64,000 nucleotides of DNA from Endomicrobiales bacterium (GCA_963796955.1 CAWCNJ010000005.1:192001-256000); one strand, 5' to 3'; shown: positions 8,057 to 17,355, counted from the first letter of the stretch. The notes: generated by a model not told the origin, from the letters alone. Made by a program: numbers and translations.

Positions 8057-9193
8057 ATGAAAGAAAATATAACTCCGATCGGCAAGTACATCTCACAAAC
8101 AGGCGGGTACAGAGCTTTTGTCCCCGATAACTTTCCTCCCGCACGGTTAACCTACTATGAACCTGAGATAATTTCATTGCTTGCACAAGCCAATCTTCTT
8201 CTTGGCAAACTGGATGGAATAACCAGATTGCTGCCAGACATTGATTTTTTTATTTTCATGTATATAACCAAGGAAGCGGCATATTCAAGCCAAGTGGAAG
8301 GTACGCGTGCTAAACTTACGGATGCCTTGCAGGCTGAAATAGGGGCCACGCAGGAACTGCCGGACGATGTAGGCGATATCATCCATTATATTGAAGCAAT
8401 GAACAAGGGATTGCAGAAGCTTGAAGCACTTCCGTTGTCTTTACGGCTTATCAAGGAAGTGCACGAGACACTTTTAACGGGTGCCAGAAGCCACACATAT
8501 CCCTATCCGGGGGAATTTAGGAAAGTTCAGAATTGGATCATGGGCACCAGCCCTGCCGACGCACGTTTTGTGCCACCCCCTCCAGATAAAATATTGCCCG
8601 CGATGGGTGATCTTGAAAAGTTTATTCACGCAAGATCAGAAATTCCGGCGCTGATCAAGGCCGCCCTGATCCATAGTCAATTTGAAACTATACACCCATT
8701 CATTGATGGTAACGGAAGAACCGGCAGGCTGTTGATAACATTTTACCTTTGTCAGCAGGGAATGCTGGAAAAACCCGTCCTTTACCTGTCGGAATATTTC
8801 AAGAAACACAGAGACCTCTATTTTGCCCTTCTTGATGGCTACCGGAGGGGAAATGTTCAGCCTTGGTTGGAGTTTTTCTTAAAAGGTATCGTAAATGTTG
8901 CCACCGAGGCAGCCATTACCTCAGGCAAAATAGTCTCATTGCGAGAGAAAGACCTGCACACTGTATCAGGGTTGGGCAGGGCCAGCAAAAATGCGGTCGT
9001 CCTTCTTAAGAATCTTTACAAACAGCCGATAATTAACGTACGCAAGATCCAGGAAGTTACTGGCGTCTCAAGGGAAGCCGCTAATACCATCGCGAAACGG
9101 TTTATGGATCTGGGTATATTATCATTGAAAGATGCGGGTAAAAGCTACGACCGCATTTTTGTGTATAAGAAGTATCTGACACTATTTGAATAG
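8057..9193 (+). CDS. Fic family protein (Fic_N + Fic + C-terminal HTH-like)
   Basis: EAAYSSQVEGT; HPFIDGNGRTGR. Confidence 0.92.
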   Translation: MKENITPIGKYISQTGGYRAFVPDNFPPARLTYYEPEIISLLAQANLLLGKLDGITRLLPDIDFFIFMYITKEAAYSSQVEGTRAKLTDALQAEIGATQELPDDVGDIIHYIEAMNKGLQKLEALPLSLRLIKEVHETLLTGARSHTYPYPGEFRKVQNWIMGTSPADARFVPPPPDKILPAMGDLEKFIHARSEIPALIKAALIHSQFETIHPFIDGNGRTGRLLITFYLCQQGMLEKPVLYLSEYFKKHRDLYFALLDGYRRGNVQPWLEFFLKGIVNVATEAAITSGKIVSLREKDLHTVSGLGRASKNAVVLLKNLYKQPIINVRKIQEVTGVSREAANTIAKRFMDLGILSLKDAGKSYDRIFVYKKYLTLFE

Positions 9194-9204
9194 TATAATA
9201 AAAC

Positions 9205-9248
9205 AAACCGCCGGCGAAAACCCTCCCCTATCCTGCGGCGGCTGTAAG
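9205..9248 (+). repeat. Degenerate duplicate of the DGC gene 3' end
   Basis: aaaccgccggcgaaaaccctcccctatcctgcggcggctgtaag matches 5393-5457 with an internal deletion. Confidence 0.8.
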
Positions 9249-9283
9249 TAGCGGAATAATGTGAAAACCAGTTTGGAGAACAT

Positions 9284-9787
9284 ATGGCGAATAATTTTAA
9301 CTTAAGCGAGATCGTTAAGTACGGCGTACAAATTGAAAAGAACGGCAGGGATTTTTACGATCACGCCTCTAAAGCCGTGAAGGCGGAAAGGGTACGGCAG
9401 GTATTTGAATATATTTCCAACGAAGAACAACAGCATATCGCAATTTTTGAGAGTATTTTAAGCAAAATTGATGAGAATACCAGGCCCGCCGGAAAATGCC
9501 CCGCCGAATACGTGGAATATCTGCAGGCGCTTATAAAAGATAACCCATTTACAAACAACAAACAGGGCTACGAGATAGCAAGGACCATAAGGAACGATAA
9601 GCACGCCCTTGAGCTGGCTATAGCTGTAGAAAAAGATACCCTGCTATTTTACCACGAACTGAAAAAACTGCTTGCTGCCGCCTGCCAGAACGATACAGAT
9701 ACCCTTATCGCCAACGAACAAGATCACTTCAATAAACTAGCTGACGTATATAAAGGCTTCAACACCTTCGGTGTAAACAGAGGCTAA
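9284..9787 (+). CDS. Ferritin/rubrerythrin family protein
   Basis: IEKNGRDFY, EEQQH, VEKDTLLFY and EQDH di-iron motifs. Confidence 0.85.
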   Translation: MANNFNLSEIVKYGVQIEKNGRDFYDHASKAVKAERVRQVFEYISNEEQQHIAIFESILSKIDENTRPAGKCPAEYVEYLQALIKDNPFTNNKQGYEIARTIRNDKHALELAIAVEKDTLLFYHELKKLLAAACQNDTDTLIANEQDHFNKLADVYKGFNTFGVNRG

Positions 9788-9825
9788 GCGCACTACACAC
9801 TAACCTGTAAAAAATTCTTACAAGT

Positions 9826-10131
9826 TCAGGCGCCTTGTTTTTTATCAAGTTTTTCCAGGCCTATAATTTTTACTCCGAAGTACACTACGCAGGCTATTAC
9901 CACAAAATCAATTGATGTGCTTATAAAGTCGCCTACCTTAAGTTGCGCGGTGCCAATTTGCACGGTGGCTTCTTTCAGGGTGCCGGCAGCGCCAAGCACC
10001 ACGCCCAGCAGCGGGCTTACAATATCGGTTATAAGCGCCGTAACTAACTTTGCCACAGCACCGCCCAGAATAAAGCCAACGGCCAGGCCTACTACGCCCT
10101 GCGTGCGAATAAATTCAAAAAATCCTTTCAT
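9826..10131 (-). CDS. mscL: Large-conductance mechanosensitive channel (short form)
   Basis: FFEFI..GVVGLAVGFILGGA..LVTALITDIVSPL..GDFI. Confidence 0.85.
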   Translation of the reverse strand: MKGFFEFIRTQGVVGLAVGFILGGAVAKLVTALITDIVSPLLGVVLGAAGTLKEATVQIGTAQLKVGDFISTSIDFVVIACVVYFGVKIIGLEKLDKKQGA

Positions 10132-10142
10132 TGTGCCCCCGG

Positions 10143-10994
10143 TTAAAACAGGCCGTACGACAACCCAAACATTACCGTTAAACGCTTTTCAACGTCTTGC
10201 GGCCACGCCGGGTGCGGCAGCCTGTCGTAGTTGTATATTGCCAGATAACTTACCTGCATAGTTACCAGCTTAGATATTTTTACGTAAAGCGAGTTGTCCC
10301 AGCGCAGGTCACAGCCGCCTTTTAAGCCCGAAAATACGTTCGCCTCCGAAGTAAACTTAACATTCTCATTAACCGCAAGATCGTAGTTGGTTACCCATTC
10401 AATACCCGTATTGTCACGGCGTTCTTCTATTACAGCGGTGGCCGGGTCGTCGGCTAAAGAAGATATTGCCGCGCCACCCGCCGGCAGCGGTCTTTCCTTG
10501 GCAGAGTCAAAAAATTGTTTCGCCGCAAAGCCCGCCCGGGTGCGCAACTCCTGCCCCGGTTTTTTAATAAGCCACAAGCCGTTGCCTAAAGACTCGGTAT
10601 AGGTAGCCGGGTCCGTAAAGCGCCAGTTCTGGGTGTCCAGAATAAAACCAACGTACGGGTTTACGTAATGCGAAAGTTTTAGCGTGTACACGCTGGTAAA
10701 ATATACCGTGTCGGCGCTGGTTTGCTCGTCAGAGCCGGCGTTCTTGGTACGGCCGTACTCTTCTTTAAGCGTAGTTATCCAGTTAGTATACGTTACGTTC
10801 CTTTCGGCAGAGGCCTCAAGCTTTGCGCCCCAGCTTAAAGAATCCTTTTCAGGCCCCGTCCAGCTATCCGAAACGTCGGTCGCATTGTAGCTGGCGCCAA
10901 GTATGCCCTTAAGCGCCCACGCAGGCCCCGCCGCAAACACACGCCCGCCCGCCAACAGCACTGCCATAAACACTATTACCTTTCTCATAAACAT
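10143..10994 (-). CDS. DUF3078/DUF481-like outer-membrane beta-barrel protein
   Basis: Signal peptide; amphipathic strands; ends FGLSYGLF. Start chosen at MFMRK. Confidence 0.65.
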   Translation of the reverse strand: MFMRKVIVFMAVLLAGGRVFAAGPAWALKGILGASYNATDVSDSWTGPEKDSLSWGAKLEASAERNVTYTNWITTLKEEYGRTKNAGSDEQTSADTVYFTSVYTLKLSHYVNPYVGFILDTQNWRFTDPATYTESLGNGLWLIKKPGQELRTRAGFAAKQFFDSAKERPLPAGGAAISSLADDPATAVIEERRDNTGIEWVTNYDLAVNENVKFTSEANVFSGLKGGCDLRWDNSLYVKISKLVTMQVSYLAIYNYDRLPHPAWPQDVEKRLTVMFGLSYGLF

Positions 10995-11120
10995 AGCAGA
11001 ACCCCGCCTGTCCATGCCATCCTCCCTTACCAGCAATATTCCCACATTCTGCCAAAACCGCCGCCGCCCTTCAATACAACCAACTGATCGTTTTCACCCT
11101 GCCGCGCCCCGACCAGTTTT

Positions 11121-11238
11121 TCTTGAATTACCCGTCGCGAAGAGGTACAATTAGCCTATGCAAGCACCCAGGGGAGAAGCGAACAACTACAAGGACGCAT
11201 AATTCAGGCCACACGGCACTATTAGCCGGGTGGTTTTT
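11121..11238 (+). promoter_or_regulatory. Promoter + leaderless 14-aa ORF + intrinsic terminator (copy 1)
   Basis: TTGAAT-N17-TACAAT-N6-ATG (11158, MQAPRGEANNYKDA*), then ccacacggc..agccgggtggttttt. Confidence 0.6.
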
Positions 11239-11311
11239 GTTGGTGTAGGTCAATACTTCATTACTTAACAACGTCCCGGAGTTCCACGTTTGCGCAGCAA
11301 CGGTAAATCAA

Positions 11312-11587
11312 GTGAGAAAACGCGATACAATTTACGCTCTAAATGAGTCTTGCGTAATCAAGTTGTCTTTTGACATAACAAAAAATCGTACTGCTGCCGA
11401 AATTTCTGTTAAGGTTATACGAGAAACCAGCAAGTTGATGAATCTGATGGCGTACGTCAACAAAGCGGACAGGCTTAAGGTCCCGCTCGGCCCGCAGTAC
11501 GGCAAAATACGGCAAGAGATCGCCCGCGCACCGGACATCGTAAAGTTGCTGCTGGGGATGAATTGCGATGGGGAACCCAGGGAATAG
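11312..11587 (+). CDS. Hypothetical protein
   Basis: 91-aa ORF only. Confidence 0.35.
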   Translation: MRKRDTIYALNESCVIKLSFDITKNRTAAEISVKVIRETSKLMNLMAYVNKADRLKVPLGPQYGKIRQEIARAPDIVKLLLGMNCDGEPRE

Positions 11588-11633
11588 GTTAAGTAAATAT
11601 AGCCTGACATCTTAAATTAGGAGAGTAATTCAC

Positions 11634-11850
11634 ATGGAAGACAAAGGTGGACTTACGATTTATGCGCTCAAGGATGGAGGTTCCGGGCTAACGGTGCGGC
11701 TTGAACAAGAAACGGTGTGGCTAAATATGCTTCAGATTACAAAACTGTTTAGAAGGGATAAGTCTGTTATTTCGCGGCACATCAGGAATATCTACAAAGA
11801 GCATGAATTATCAAGGGAAACATCTGTTGCAAATTTTGCAACAGATGTAG
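11634..11850 (+). pseudogene. RhuM-like DNA-binding protein, N-terminal remnant
   Basis: VRLEQETVWLN..LF.RDKSVISRHIRNIYKE.EL..SVANFAT..DGR; similarity is lost afterwards. Confidence 0.75.
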
Positions 11851-12133
11851 GGGATGGCAGGGTTTTTGCGGCTCGGCGATCTGGAAAACCTGTACCGCTA
11901 TATGAAGGATACCCTAACCGTAACTTCCATGAACATCAACCGCTTGCGCATTGACTCAGCGCGCCAAAAAGACTTCGCCGTGCTTGTCGAAGACATCGAC
12001 AAGATCAGGAAGGAAGTGAACTTGCTGAGAAAGAAGATGAAAAAAGACTGATTGCAAAAGCTGTGCGCGATCAAGGGTGAAATATAAAAACCAGACATTC
12101 ATGAACTGCGAACTAGTCAAAAAGTCAAGTCTG

Positions 12134-12171
12134 ACACCGGCACACCGGCACACCGGCACACCGGCACCGGC
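12134..12171. repeat. 8-bp tandem repeat (ACACCGGC) x4 plus partial unit
   Basis: acaccggc acaccggc acaccggc acaccggc accggc. Confidence 0.9.
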
Positions 12172-12447
12172 ATTAAAGTCATGCAACGTTTTCATTCTTG
12201 TTAGACCACTCGTTACGCCTGTTGTTTCCTCAATCTCTAATAACAGCTAGCATTGACTTTCCTTTTTTGAACCAAATACAATCTCTAAACAATGCAGATT
12301 TAACCGCCTCATAATAGGCAGGCAACATTCTTTCATGCCTAATGATGAGTGTCGTTAACAGGTATTTTATCAAATATAAGCAAATATGCAGGCGTCGCGG
12401 ATTGACGTTCCGATATGCCTGCATAATGTGTGATAAACCGTATCAGT

Positions 12448-12591
12448 TTATTTTGTATGGCGGTGGTGGTCAGGTGCTTGTGTTAGAACAGATGCAGCCA
12501 CTGACTTTACCGCTTTTGACGATCTTCCATCGCGTAGCAGTTTAGATGCGATTCGCGCAATACGGTACGAAGTTCTCTCATTTTGTGCCAT
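12448..12591 (-). CDS. 47-aa basic small protein, not in the ORF track
   Basis: MAQNERTSYRIARIASKLLRDGRSSKAVKSVAASVLTQAPDHHRHTK*; GAGGTG RBS upstream. Confidence 0.7.
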   Translation of the reverse strand: MAQNERTSYRIARIASKLLRDGRSSKAVKSVAASVLTQAPDHHRHTK

Positions 12592-12700
12592 AGTATAGCT
12601 CACCTCTCTGTTAATACCATTCAATATAGCTTGGTTTCACTTTGAATAATCATTCGCTATTTCTTATCGACCTACAATGTTTCTAAGAATTAGACCTGCG

Positions 12701-12796
12701 AACAAATTATATATTAAACTAACAAATTATATTTATTGTGTCAAGTTTTAAGGACTTAATAATGTTATTGACATATAAGAAATTATCTGCTACAGT
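12701..12796. promoter_or_regulatory. Divergent promoters with AACAAATTATAT direct repeats
   Basis: Repeats at 12701 and 12721; plus strand TTGACA (12768)-N17-TACAGT; minus strand TTGACA (12744)-N17-TAGTTT. Confidence 0.6.
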
Positions 12797-12802
12797 CTAA
12801 GC

Positions 12803-13459
12803 ATGCACACCATCCAACAGCAGTTGCTTGCCTTGTCTAAAAAGAAAAATCTGGCGCAGTTAAGTTTGCGAGAAATGGCAAATCATATCGGAATGCCAGG
12901 CGAATCTCCTCAAAAAATAAAGCATCATCTTATGCAGTTAGAGAAAAAAGGGTTTTTGAACATTGATCGTGCTACGGGCAAGATGGATCGTTCTTCGGCC
13001 TCTCCTGGATGGGCCCAGGGACTATTACAGACGACCTCAAATATTTTTTCAATTCCTGTCATCGGCACTGCAAATTGTGGTCCTGCCACTATCTATGCTG
13101 AGCAGAACTTTCAAGGCTTTCTACGTGTTTCAAGCAGGCTTGTGGGACGTTCAAAACCTAAAGGTTTATATGCAATCAAAACAAGCGGCTCTTCGATGAA
13201 TAGGGCAGAAATTAACGGAAAGCGTATTGAAGACGGCGATTATGTAATAATTGATAGCCTTGATAAAACTCCTCATACCGGGGATGTGGTTGTTGCGATT
13301 GTAGATAATAAAGGGACAATTAAACGTTTTATAGATGATAGAGAAAATGGACAAGTTGTTCTTCGTGCAGATTCGTCCTTCGATTATGAACCGATCTATC
13401 TTCATCCAGATGATGATTTCAGCATAAGCGGAAAGGTTATTGGCATAATAAAGAATTAA
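12803..13459 (+). CDS. LexA/cI-like repressor with S24 peptidase domain
   Basis: SLREMA wHTH-like N-terminus; IPVIGTANCG cleavage region; GSSM serine and TIKRF lysine. Confidence 0.85.
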   Translation: MHTIQQQLLALSKKKNLAQLSLREMANHIGMPGESPQKIKHHLMQLEKKGFLNIDRATGKMDRSSASPGWAQGLLQTTSNIFSIPVIGTANCGPATIYAEQNFQGFLRVSSRLVGRSKPKGLYAIKTSGSSMNRAEINGKRIEDGDYVIIDSLDKTPHTGDVVVAIVDNKGTIKRFIDDRENGQVVLRADSSFDYEPIYLHPDDDFSISGKVIGIIKN

Positions 13460-13526
13460 ATTACAGGGCTTGAAATATGCTATAATCCATTTAGTTTATG
13501 TGTTATAGCCTTCAAGTCTAAAAGGG

Positions 13527-14579
13527 TTGAAGGTGAAAAAAATGAAAAAAATGCGAAAAAAAATTATTCTTTCCGAGACACCAGCAAAAACAATTCGATT
13601 TGTCGATTTGTTCTGCGGCATAGGGGCATTTAGGCTTGCCATTGAATCAGCGAGCAGGGGTCTTAACATCATACCGGAATGCAAATTCTCTAGCGATATT
13701 GATCCCAATTGTCAGAAACAGTATAACGATAATTTCAGTGAGTTTCCTAATGGCGATATAACGAAAGTAGCTGCCGAAGATATACCAGATCATGATATTC
13801 TCTTGGCAGGCTTTCCGTGCCAACCATTCAGTATTATTGGCAATATGAAAGGTTTTGCGGATATAAGAGGCACACTGTTTTTTGATATTGCAAGAATAAT
13901 TGAAGCTAAAAATCCCCAAGCTTTCGTGCTTGAAAATGTGAAACTTCTGAAAGGACATAATGAGGGGCGCACGATTTCTCGAATTATGGAGACTTTACGG
14001 GATTTAGGATATCATGCGGATTATAGGGTATTCAATGCGCTTGATTTTGGCTTGCCGCAGAAGAGAGAAAGAATTTTTATAGTTGGTTTCAAAAATCCAT
14101 GTTCATTTGAATGGCCTGTTGGCAATGTGCCGATGAAGCCTCTTTCGAAGATTTTAGAAAAGAATGTATCTAAACAACATTACGCTTCCGAAAGAATACG
14201 GCAAAAGAGGCTCAAGCATTTAAAGCCTACAAAAGAGCCAATGATCTGGCATGAGAATAAAGCTGGTCACGTAAGCGCATATCCGTACTCATGCGCACTA
14301 AGGGCGGGAGCATCCTATAACTACTTGTTAGTTAACGGGGAAAGAAGATTAACTCCTCGTGAAATGTTTAGATTGCAGGGTGTTCCAGATTCTTATAAAA
14401 TCATATGCAATGATTCGCAAGCTAGAAAACAAGCTGGCAATAGTCTGCCGGTTCCTATGGCGGAAGCAGTGATAAGGAATGTTCTAAAGTCGCTTGGGAA
14501 AGATGACAAAAGTTATCCGTTATCGTATCCCTCAATCGAGAAACAATTATTTTGGTGTGAGAATCCAATAAACCCATAA
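13527..14579 (+). CDS. DNA (cytosine-5)-methyltransferase
   Basis: DLFCGIG, GFPCQPFS, ENV, QKRERIF, RRLTPRE and GNS motifs. Confidence 0.97.
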   Translation: MKVKKMKKMRKKIILSETPAKTIRFVDLFCGIGAFRLAIESASRGLNIIPECKFSSDIDPNCQKQYNDNFSEFPNGDITKVAAEDIPDHDILLAGFPCQPFSIIGNMKGFADIRGTLFFDIARIIEAKNPQAFVLENVKLLKGHNEGRTISRIMETLRDLGYHADYRVFNALDFGLPQKRERIFIVGFKNPCSFEWPVGNVPMKPLSKILEKNVSKQHYASERIRQKRLKHLKPTKEPMIWHENKAGHVSAYPYSCALRAGASYNYLLVNGERRLTPREMFRLQGVPDSYKIICNDSQARKQAGNSLPVPMAEAVIRNVLKSLGKDDKSYPLSYPSIEKQLFWCENPINP

Positions 14580-15313
14580 TGAAAGGTCCTAAGCTCAGGA
14601 TTGTAGACAAATACGGTGCTCCATATCCATTGAACAAGTTTCCTAAAGATTTTGCTTACAACTTAGGAAGAGAGATAGTTTATTTTCTTGCATCAAGAGG
14701 CACTCCAAGACTGGAAGGCACTGATTGGGAAGAGATTTTTGCCAGATTGGTTGGCGCGCAATGGAAACCCTCCAACGTTGGGCTTGATGATATTATTTCT
14801 GGTAAGACAGCTTGGGGCGCAAAAACCGTTAAAAATGCTAACCCATTTAAGGCTTCAGCAATTCGTCTAATATCTGGCCGCAATTCTCCCATTTATTCTT
14901 TTGGAGCTGGTGAAATAGTTAATTGCGATCCCGATGAATTAGGCAAGCAAATATTGGCAATATGGAACGCGCGTGTAGCTGAAGTGCGCTGTGCTTTCAA
15001 AAATCTTAGAACAGTCGTACTGATTAAATCCGACGATTTGCTCGAACTTTCTGCGTATGAATTTAATACTGAAGAGTTTTCTCAAGAAGGTTATTATTGG
15101 GAATGGAATAAAAATAAAAATTTAACTGGATTTGACGCAAAGACGAAAGAACACATCTTTACATGGCAACCTCACGGCTCCCAGTTTACAGTGCTAGAAA
15201 AAGTTCCTGAACAACGAGTTGCAATCCGCATTAAGAAACCTCCCAAGTTAGATAAAGAAACCATCCTCAAAACCCTCAAGTTTGACAACTCCTGGATACA
15301 GGTAATTAAATAG
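14579..15313 (+). CDS. Probable type II restriction endonuclease
   Basis: Coupled to the methyltransferase (TAATG overlap); WEEIF..LDDI..GAKTVK resembles a PD-(D/E)xK core. Mainly a contextual call. Confidence 0.6.
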   Translation: MKGPKLRIVDKYGAPYPLNKFPKDFAYNLGREIVYFLASRGTPRLEGTDWEEIFARLVGAQWKPSNVGLDDIISGKTAWGAKTVKNANPFKASAIRLISGRNSPIYSFGAGEIVNCDPDELGKQILAIWNARVAEVRCAFKNLRTVVLIKSDDLLELSAYEFNTEEFSQEGYYWEWNKNKNLTGFDAKTKEHIFTWQPHGSQFTVLEKVPEQRVAIRIKKPPKLDKETILKTLKFDNSWIQVIK

Positions 15314-15319
15314 CTTTCT

Positions 15320-15733
15320 ATGGACAATGTTTCTCGACAAGAGCGTTCTCGTATAATGTCTCTTGTTCGATCGAAAGGAAACAAATCCACTGAGCTCAAG
15401 TTTGTTACATTACTAAAAGAAAACGGTATTAAGGGGTGGCGAAGATCCTACAAATTGACAGGGAATCCTGATATCGTTTTTCCTAAGAATAAGATTGCTG
15501 TTTTCATTGATGGTTGTTTTTGGCATAGTTGTCCGGTTCATTTAAGATTACCGTTCGACAATAGGGTATACTGGAAGGGAAAAATTGCTCGAAACGTAAA
15601 AAGAGACAGGCTAATTGTCAAAACACTGAGGGCAATGGGGTGGCGCGTAATAAGATTTTGGGAGCATGAATTAAAAGGTTCAAATAGATATGGCCTGGCA
15701 AAGTTAAATAAAATTAATTTGCTGATGAAATAG
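15320..15733 (+). CDS. vsr: Very short patch repair endonuclease
   Basis: MDNVS..RSRIMS, GNPDIVF, FIDGCFWH and GWRVIRFWEHE. Confidence 0.95.
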   Translation: MDNVSRQERSRIMSLVRSKGNKSTELKFVTLLKENGIKGWRRSYKLTGNPDIVFPKNKIAVFIDGCFWHSCPVHLRLPFDNRVYWKGKIARNVKRDRLIVKTLRAMGWRVIRFWEHELKGSNRYGLAKLNKINLLMK

Positions 15734-15780
15734 ATGGGTTCTAGTTAAAACAGGTTAGGACATAGTGACATAGGAAATGC

Positions 15781-16110
15781 GGGACGCCCTTAGGCAATAA
15801 GGTATTGAATTAGCGGCAATCGGGGACGTTGAAAAAGGCAACGGGGTCACCTATTGAGGAAGTTGTCAAGTAGGTGATAACAAAAAATAAGGTGCGCCTT
15901 GCACCGTCGAAATAGTAGTAGATGTGTCCGTGCTGCAAAGATGTAACTATTTGGAACCCGTTTGGCTATCTCAAGAAGCTCCCCGATAGTTGGGGACTTC
16001 AGTCACCTATCGGCAGCGTTCGACGAAGCGAACCTCCAAAAGGCAACGGGGTCAGCCCTTGAAACCGGGAAGTTGGGGTCAGAAACCGGGAAGTTGGGGT
16101 CAGGCCTCAA
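15781..16110 (+). repeat. Cluster of GGGGTCA/GGGAC motifs including a 21-bp tandem duplication
   Basis: aaaaggcaacggggtca at 15833 and 16038; gaaaccgggaagttggggtca at 16061 and 16082. Confidence 0.85.
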
Positions 16111-16160
16111 CTATTGACAAGACAATTTGATTGGAATACTGAAGTTGTTAGAAGATACGA

Positions 16161-16634
16161 TTGAGGGAGAACGTGAAAAACAAATTTATTTCTGAATCTT
16201 TGTCCCACATATTTAAAGGCATCGATGGGCTCAAGGCGGCCTTTCCGGATTCTAAGCGGCAGTTTACCATTGATGGCCGTTTGGTAGGAGATATCGGCGA
16301 AGTATTGGCCGCGGTTGCATATGACATCATACTTGATGAAGTGTCGCAGCCAAAGCACGACGGCACAACCTCCGACAATCGCAGAGTACAAATAAAAGCA
16401 ACCTTCCAAGACCACCTCACGTTTAGCTCTATTCCTGATTATTATTTAGGTATTGCAATTGATAAAGATGGCCGATGGGAAGAAATATACAATGGACCAG
16501 GTAGATACATTGCTGAGAGATATGCGGGCAGAAAAGGTATTGGTTCGAATTTTCTAAGATTTCCCAACAAAGATCTTCGTGAGATATCGACTAAGATCCC
16601 CACGAACGAACGCATAAATAAGAGAAATATATGA
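16161..16634 (+). CDS. DUF6998-like protein, putative PD-(D/E)xK nuclease
   Basis: FTIDGRLVGDIGEV..HDG..VQIKAT..EEIYNGPG; start may be GTG at 16173. Confidence 0.65.
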   Translation: MRENVKNKFISESLSHIFKGIDGLKAAFPDSKRQFTIDGRLVGDIGEVLAAVAYDIILDEVSQPKHDGTTSDNRRVQIKATFQDHLTFSSIPDYYLGIAIDKDGRWEEIYNGPGRYIAERYAGRKGIGSNFLRFPNKDLREISTKIPTNERINKRNI

Positions 16635-17197
16635 AGAACAGCAATGTTGTATTCCTGGACCTTGAAACCACCGGTGTTGCACCGAAATTCGATAAAATTG
16701 TTGAAGTAGGATTGATACGGGTTGAAAAGGGCAAGGTAGTAAAGAAATACAGCCAGCTGGTAAAACCTCCATTTAAAATACCTTTTGCTGCTCAAAGTGT
16801 TCACGGCATCAGCGACGCTATGGTGAGAGATATGCCTCCTATTAAAGAAATCAAGAGCGAACTCGCCGAATTACTTAGAGACGCCTACATAATAACGCAT
16901 AGCACGAATCATTTTGATATGCACTTCCTGAGGAATTCGTTGGGCGAAAACTTTGTTGATATGGCTAAACATATAAATCTCTTATTCTTATCAAGAAAAT
17001 TGGATAAGGAGTTCACTAGTCACAAGCTTGAAAGTGTGGCAACAAGGTATTCGGTAAGGCTTAAAGATCAGCACAGAGCACTTTCAGATGCCAACACAAC
17101 TTATGAGTGCTTCGTAGGATTGTGTAAAAGACATAACATCGATGATATTAATAAAATTGTTGCCCTCTTGAGAGTGAAAGCCAGGCGAAAAGAGTAA
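16631..17197 (+). CDS. DEDDh 3'-5' exonuclease (DnaQ-like)
   Basis: FLDLETTG, HGIS, HFDMHFL and HRALSDA; ATGA overlap with the upstream gene. Confidence 0.9.
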   Translation: MKNSNVVFLDLETTGVAPKFDKIVEVGLIRVEKGKVVKKYSQLVKPPFKIPFAAQSVHGISDAMVRDMPPIKEIKSELAELLRDAYIITHSTNHFDMHFLRNSLGENFVDMAKHINLLFLSRKLDKEFTSHKLESVATRYSVRLKDQHRALSDANTTYECFVGLCKRHNIDDINKIVALLRVKARRKE

Positions 17198-17355
17198 GAT
17201 ATCGGAACAGGCGGTTCATAAAGGGTACGGTGTCAGACCTAAGTGACTTAAGTAACTCGCCAGGGGATGTTCGGAGTGAGTTAACTAGTTAGCGGTAGTT
17301 GTGTAATTATAAAGTTGTACTTGACATTTGCACAGACGTGTGGTACTATTCTTGT

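Noticed and set aside
11200..11240. Known riboswitch at the ccacacggc..gccgggtgg hairpins
   Set aside because: I could not match it to ZTP, guanidine, c-di-GMP, SAM or fluoride consensus motifs; kept only as an unassigned element.
12803..13459. Housekeeping lexA
   Set aside because: Island context, low GC, Cys-Gly rather than Ala-Gly site and a divergent HTH; gene symbol withheld.
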